Shown one piece after another: positions 17,349 to 20,000 of a stretch of 20,000 nt of DNA. Every line of letters begins with the position of its first letter. Within the stretch, counting starts at the first letter, position 1. The translations under genes and the position numbers were made by a program. The DNA comes from an uncultured virus (IMG/VR IMGVR_UViG_3300030107_003727). Taxonomy: Duplodnaviria; Heunggongvirae; Uroviricota; Caudoviricetes. The stretch is taken from the IMG/VR virus record IMGVR_UViG_3300030107_003727; one strand, written 5' to 3'. Under the pieces are notes generated by a model that had not been told where the DNA came from, did not search any database, and worked only from the letters and a program-made list of their open reading frames with translations.

Positions 17349-17360
17349 GAGTTTGCACCG

Positions 17361-18011
17361 TCACTGAATGATGGTGTATGGCGTAGCCACTACGCCGGGA
17401 TGATTGTCGAAGTGAAACTTCCCTTCGCGCCACTCGCCACGCTCACAGAAATCCATCTCCACTTCGTGGGTTGGATTGGAGGCGTAGCCGATTTGGTACT
17501 TGCCTTGAGGATCAAGGCAGTTGCCCTCGCCGTCTTCGACGCGCCATCCAACGCACCAATCGAAGAACGAAGAGTCACCGATGCTATCCACCTCGAAGAG
17601 GCGAATATCACCGTAGTTGCCCCGGACATCTCCACCTCGGTGGAGATTGCAAGCGACAACCAAGTTGTCGCAGTACAGCCAATCCCCGGAGTCAACTCCA
17701 CCGTTGGACGACCAATGGTCGTCAATCATGCTTTGGGGAACCCAAAGGGAGAACAGGATTTGCTCCGCAAAGTTGTTCTCGTGGTTGTATGTGTTGTCGG
17801 CTCCAGAGCCGACTCGGACGTACGGCTCGCCTTTGGTCTTTGCAAGCAAAGACGCGACCTCTGCTTCGTCAGAAGCAAAGATGAACCTGTCGCTGTCGTT
17901 GTCTGCCTCGATCTCTCGGTCTGTGACCGAGGTGAGCCACGACTCAGAATCAATGTAAACCTCGGAGAGGTAAGTGTCACCTTCGGTGGTGATGATTTTT
18001 GCTTCGGACAT
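17361..18011 (-). CDS. Acidic hypothetical phage protein (216 aa)
   Basis: Start at ATG 18011 (MSEAKII) is preceded by the motif variant AAGGGTTTGCACC. Contains conserved-looking DNTYNHENN and LHRGGDVRGNY segments. Confidence 0.8.
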   Translation of the reverse strand: MSEAKIITTEGDTYLSEVYIDSESWLTSVTDREIEADNDSDRFIFASDEAEVASLLAKTKGEPYVRVGSGADNTYNHENNFAEQILFSLWVPQSMIDDHWSSNGGVDSGDWLYCDNLVVACNLHRGGDVRGNYGDIRLFEVDSIGDSSFFDWCVGWRVEDGEGNCLDPQGKYQIGYASNPTHEVEMDFCERGEWREGKFHFDNHPGVVATPYTIIQ

Positions 18012-18028
18012 GGTGCAAACCCTTCTGT

Positions 18029-18190
18029 TCAGCAAGGCTGAACGCTGATGATCTCTTCGGTGTCGGTCATCGGCAGATTCTCTGCCGCGACGAACTTGGC
18101 ATCCATGGTGCAATCCGACTGGATTGCCACGGTCATGCTGTGGGTGTGGCCGGTGTCTCGACACCGGACGACGATCTCAAACTCAAACAT
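18029..18190 (-). CDS. 53 aa hypothetical protein (MFEFEIVVRCRDTGHTHSMTVAIQ...), not in the ORF track
   Basis: Begins at an exact GGAGTTTGCACCATG copy (18188-18202) and ends just before the next gene's RBS. Confidence 0.75.
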   Translation of the reverse strand: MFEFEIVVRCRDTGHTHSMTVAIQSDCTMDAKFVAAENLPMTDTEEIISVQPC

Positions 18191-18202
18191 GGTGCAAACT
18201 CC
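18188..18202 (-). promoter_or_regulatory. Start-associated motif GGAGTTTGCACCATG (copy 2)
   Basis: Exact 15-mer. Confidence 0.85.
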
Positions 18203-18572
18203 GTTTGTTGAATAAACAGCCTAACTTGGCAAACTTGCCAAGTCAAGCGAATACCGCTGAGGGGAATTGAACCCCACCAAAGGCTCTAGCCTTTGCCATG
18301 AGCGGCGACCGATCTTCGATCCATGCCAAGCCGTGGCTGGTGCCTACCGCAACGAAGTTGCCATACGCGGCTCCATTTGCTGGTACAGCAAATGTGCAAT
18401 TCACCCTGCTACCGTCGTGCTGCCTCACCTAGTGATTACCAATCACTAGGGACATGGACTCTTTCGCTCGTCTTCGGCTTCGCCGTTTGTCGGCAAGCCT
18501 CGACGCCGTAGCATAGAGGTGTCCGGATCGCTCCAGATCGAATCGGTTTGTCGGGGCCAGTTTGGTTGGTGG

Positions 18573-18624
18573 CCCCCTCCTGAGTAGAGGAGTCGTAAGA
18601 CTTCCTCCTCTACTCAGGAGGGGG
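18573..18624. repeat. Intergenic hairpin repeat, copy D
   Basis: 20 bp perfect inverted repeat CCCCCTCCTGAGTAGAGGAG around TCGTAAGACTTC. Confidence 0.92.
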
Positions 18625-18656
18625 ACAACACCCTTTGGGTGTTGAACCCTTCGTGG

Positions 18657-18998
18657 TCAAGACCTTCTCTGAAGGTCTTGTATGTCCTTTTTGAGGTCAT
18701 CAATGGCCTCAAAAACATGGTCGAGGGCAGAGACTGAGGTCATGGCCAAATCAAATGCTTCCGCATTTGCTTTGTCCAAGATTTCGCATGAGTCTGCAAG
18801 ACTCATCATGTTTTGCTCGTCTTGGTGGTCGGGGCAAGCCGATTTTTCGGCTTGGTCGAGGATGTCCTCGGCTTTAGCCGAGGCATCCGAGGCCCGAATG
18901 ACCTGATTTTCGAGGTCAGTGAGACGTACGATCATTTGCTCTAGCAAATGTTCTGCGGTGAATTTTGGTGGTTGAACTGCTTCGGATGGCTTTGCCAT
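18657..18998 (-). CDS. Hypothetical helical/coiled-coil protein
   Basis: 113 aa ORF starting at an exact start-associated motif. Confidence 0.8.
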   Translation of the reverse strand: MAKPSEAVQPPKFTAEHLLEQMIVRLTDLENQVIRASDASAKAEDILDQAEKSACPDHQDEQNMMSLADSCEILDKANAEAFDLAMTSVSALDHVFEAIDDLKKDIQDLQRRS

Positions 18999-19010
18999 GG
19001 TGCAAACTCC
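18996..19010 (-). promoter_or_regulatory. Start-associated motif GGAGTTTGCACCATG (copy 3)
   Basis: Exact 15-mer. Confidence 0.85.
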
Positions 19011-19064
19011 TGCTGCTTCAGCAGCAAAATGAACTCGACCTCGGCAGCAGCAACTTTGCTGCTA

Positions 19065-19113
19065 CCTCCCATTTCTCTGGGGGTCGTAAGACTCCCCCCA
19101 GATAAATGGGAGG
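19065..19113. repeat. Intergenic hairpin repeat, copy E
   Basis: CCTCCCATTT-C-TCTGGGGG-TCGTAAGACTC-CCCCCAGA-T-AAATGGGAGG. Confidence 0.9.
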
Positions 19114-19489
19114 GTGAACCCCTTTAGGGGTTCAAGGTTGGCTGGGCTAACCTTGCTCCGATCCGACAGTTAGTTAGTCCACGCTGAGGGTTTGCAGTGC
19201 AAACCCCGTGCCGACTCATGGGGCTTCCCATGGGGTTTAGATACGATCTAAACCTGTGCGAAGCCTTGCGTACGCGCGCGCGAGCATTTTGCTCTGCAAA
19301 ATGGCCAACCGAACACTTGGCCAACGCTTTTTCAGCCCCTGTAAGGGGCTGGCCATCGGTTTTTGCTGCGGTTGTCTTGATCTGGCAAAGCCAGATCCAC
19401 ACCCCTACCCTCACTACATATTACATATCCCACGCAAATACACGGTGGATTTTGGAGTGTTAAGTTAGGTAAGACCCGATGATGGGGTT

Positions 19490-19909
19490 ATGGATTGCCC
19501 TGTATGCAAGAAGCGTGTGGAGCAGGGTTTCTCAGACTGTGAGCAGCAGAAAGAAAGGTTGCAGGCCAAGAACCAGCGTTTGGTTTTGGCTTTGACAGTT
19601 TTGGGAACCTTGGCCGGTAAAGAGGTTGTTGACTATGCGGTTGGATTGTCAAAAACCGTCGAGCAGGTCATCTCGCAAGCAGAAACTCAGCCCAGAGGCT
19701 CAACGGGCTTTGCTTCGAGCGTACGGCCTTCAAGAGAAGGAAAAGAAATACTGTTGGTTCAGAGCAGCAATGCCCGATTGTTTTCTAATGTGCCACCACT
19801 TACGCCAAATCTCCAATTTAACACTTCGGTCGATCCAATCATTCTTCCGGACCCTGCTCCGATGATGCTAATGGGGTTGCTGCTTACCCCGTCCAGAAAA
19901 AGGAAGTAG
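19490..19909 (+). CDS. Hypothetical membrane-associated protein with a PEP-CTERM-like tail
   Basis: N-terminal CPVC, coiled segment, hydrophobic LVLALTVLGTLAG, and C-terminus LPDPAPMMLMGLLLTPSRKRK. Confidence 0.65.
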   Translation: MDCPVCKKRVEQGFSDCEQQKERLQAKNQRLVLALTVLGTLAGKEVVDYAVGLSKTVEQVISQAETQPRGSTGFASSVRPSREGKEILLVQSSNARLFSNVPPLTPNLQFNTSVDPIILPDPAPMMLMGLLLTPSRKRK

Positions 19910-19914
19910 TTCTA

Positions 19915-20000
19915 ATGCTGACCCAACTGTTGTTGTTGCTGGTTGCCCAAAGCGGCCCCCCTGCTGATCCTGATTCGGTAGCCATGTGGGTTGACGATTT
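19915..20000 (+). CDS. Start of a 3'-truncated protein with a signal-peptide-like N-terminus
   Basis: MLTQLLLLLVAQSGPPADPDSVAMWVDD..., open to the window end and starting just after the previous stop. Confidence 0.5.
   Translation, partial: MLTQLLLLLVAQSGPPADPDSVAMWVDD

Noticed and set aside
17136..18041. 301 aa plus-strand ORF
   Set aside because: Antisense shadow of gene 17361-18011 and of the structured RNA, with no RBS or recognisable motif.
18012..18164. N-terminal extension of ORF 17361..18164
   Set aside because: The start motif marks ATG 18011, and this interval is occupied by the 53 aa ORF in another frame.
18243..18428. 61 aa minus-strand ORF
   Set aside because: Its GTG start directly follows a stop within a perfect hairpin and has no clear SD. 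The region is better explained as structured non-coding sequence, though coding is not fully excluded.
14634..19113. Hairpin repeats as a CRISPR array or canonical integron attC sites
   Set aside because: Spacing is gene-sized and irregular, the repeats are not identical, there are no RYYYAAC/GTTRRRY ends, and no cas or intI gene is in the window.
19124..19468. Short overlapping ORFs in the divergent region
   Set aside because: No RBS, non-ATG-like or weak starts, mutually overlapping, and the region is dominated by palindromes.

Overview
This is a 20 kb stretch of a tailed dsDNA bacteriophage (or prophage) genome; a Planctomycetota host is inferred from two weak protein cues. It has five parts. 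(1) The 3' part of a very large rightward virion/polyvalent-type protein (<3-5954) with an HExxH motif. (2) A leftward RecE-like exonuclease plus SSB-like pair. (3) Back-to-back sigma70-type promoters, then a rightward replication operon: SF2 helicase, sigma-region-2-like mini protein, HTH protein, TOPRIM primase-like protein, PD-(D/E)xK nuclease and Hjc-like resolvase. (4) A long leftward accessory/early region: serine recombinase, Zn-less sirtuin, DUF3846-like protein, MoxR/CobS-like AAA ATPase with a vWA-like partner, and many hypotheticals. (5) The start of a new rightward unit. The most striking signal is non-coding and lies in 14.6-19.4 kb. Genes there are punctuated by five long hairpins whose stems differ in sequence but stay paired, four of them around a conserved GTC-GTA(A)-GAC-T core. 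Several genes share a GGAGTTTGCACCATG start motif, which also occurs once in inverted orientation and once as a palindrome. There is also a ~175 nt rod-shaped candidate ncRNA and two further hairpin-dense non-coding tracts. All family assignments come from motif recognition by eye; no searches were run.
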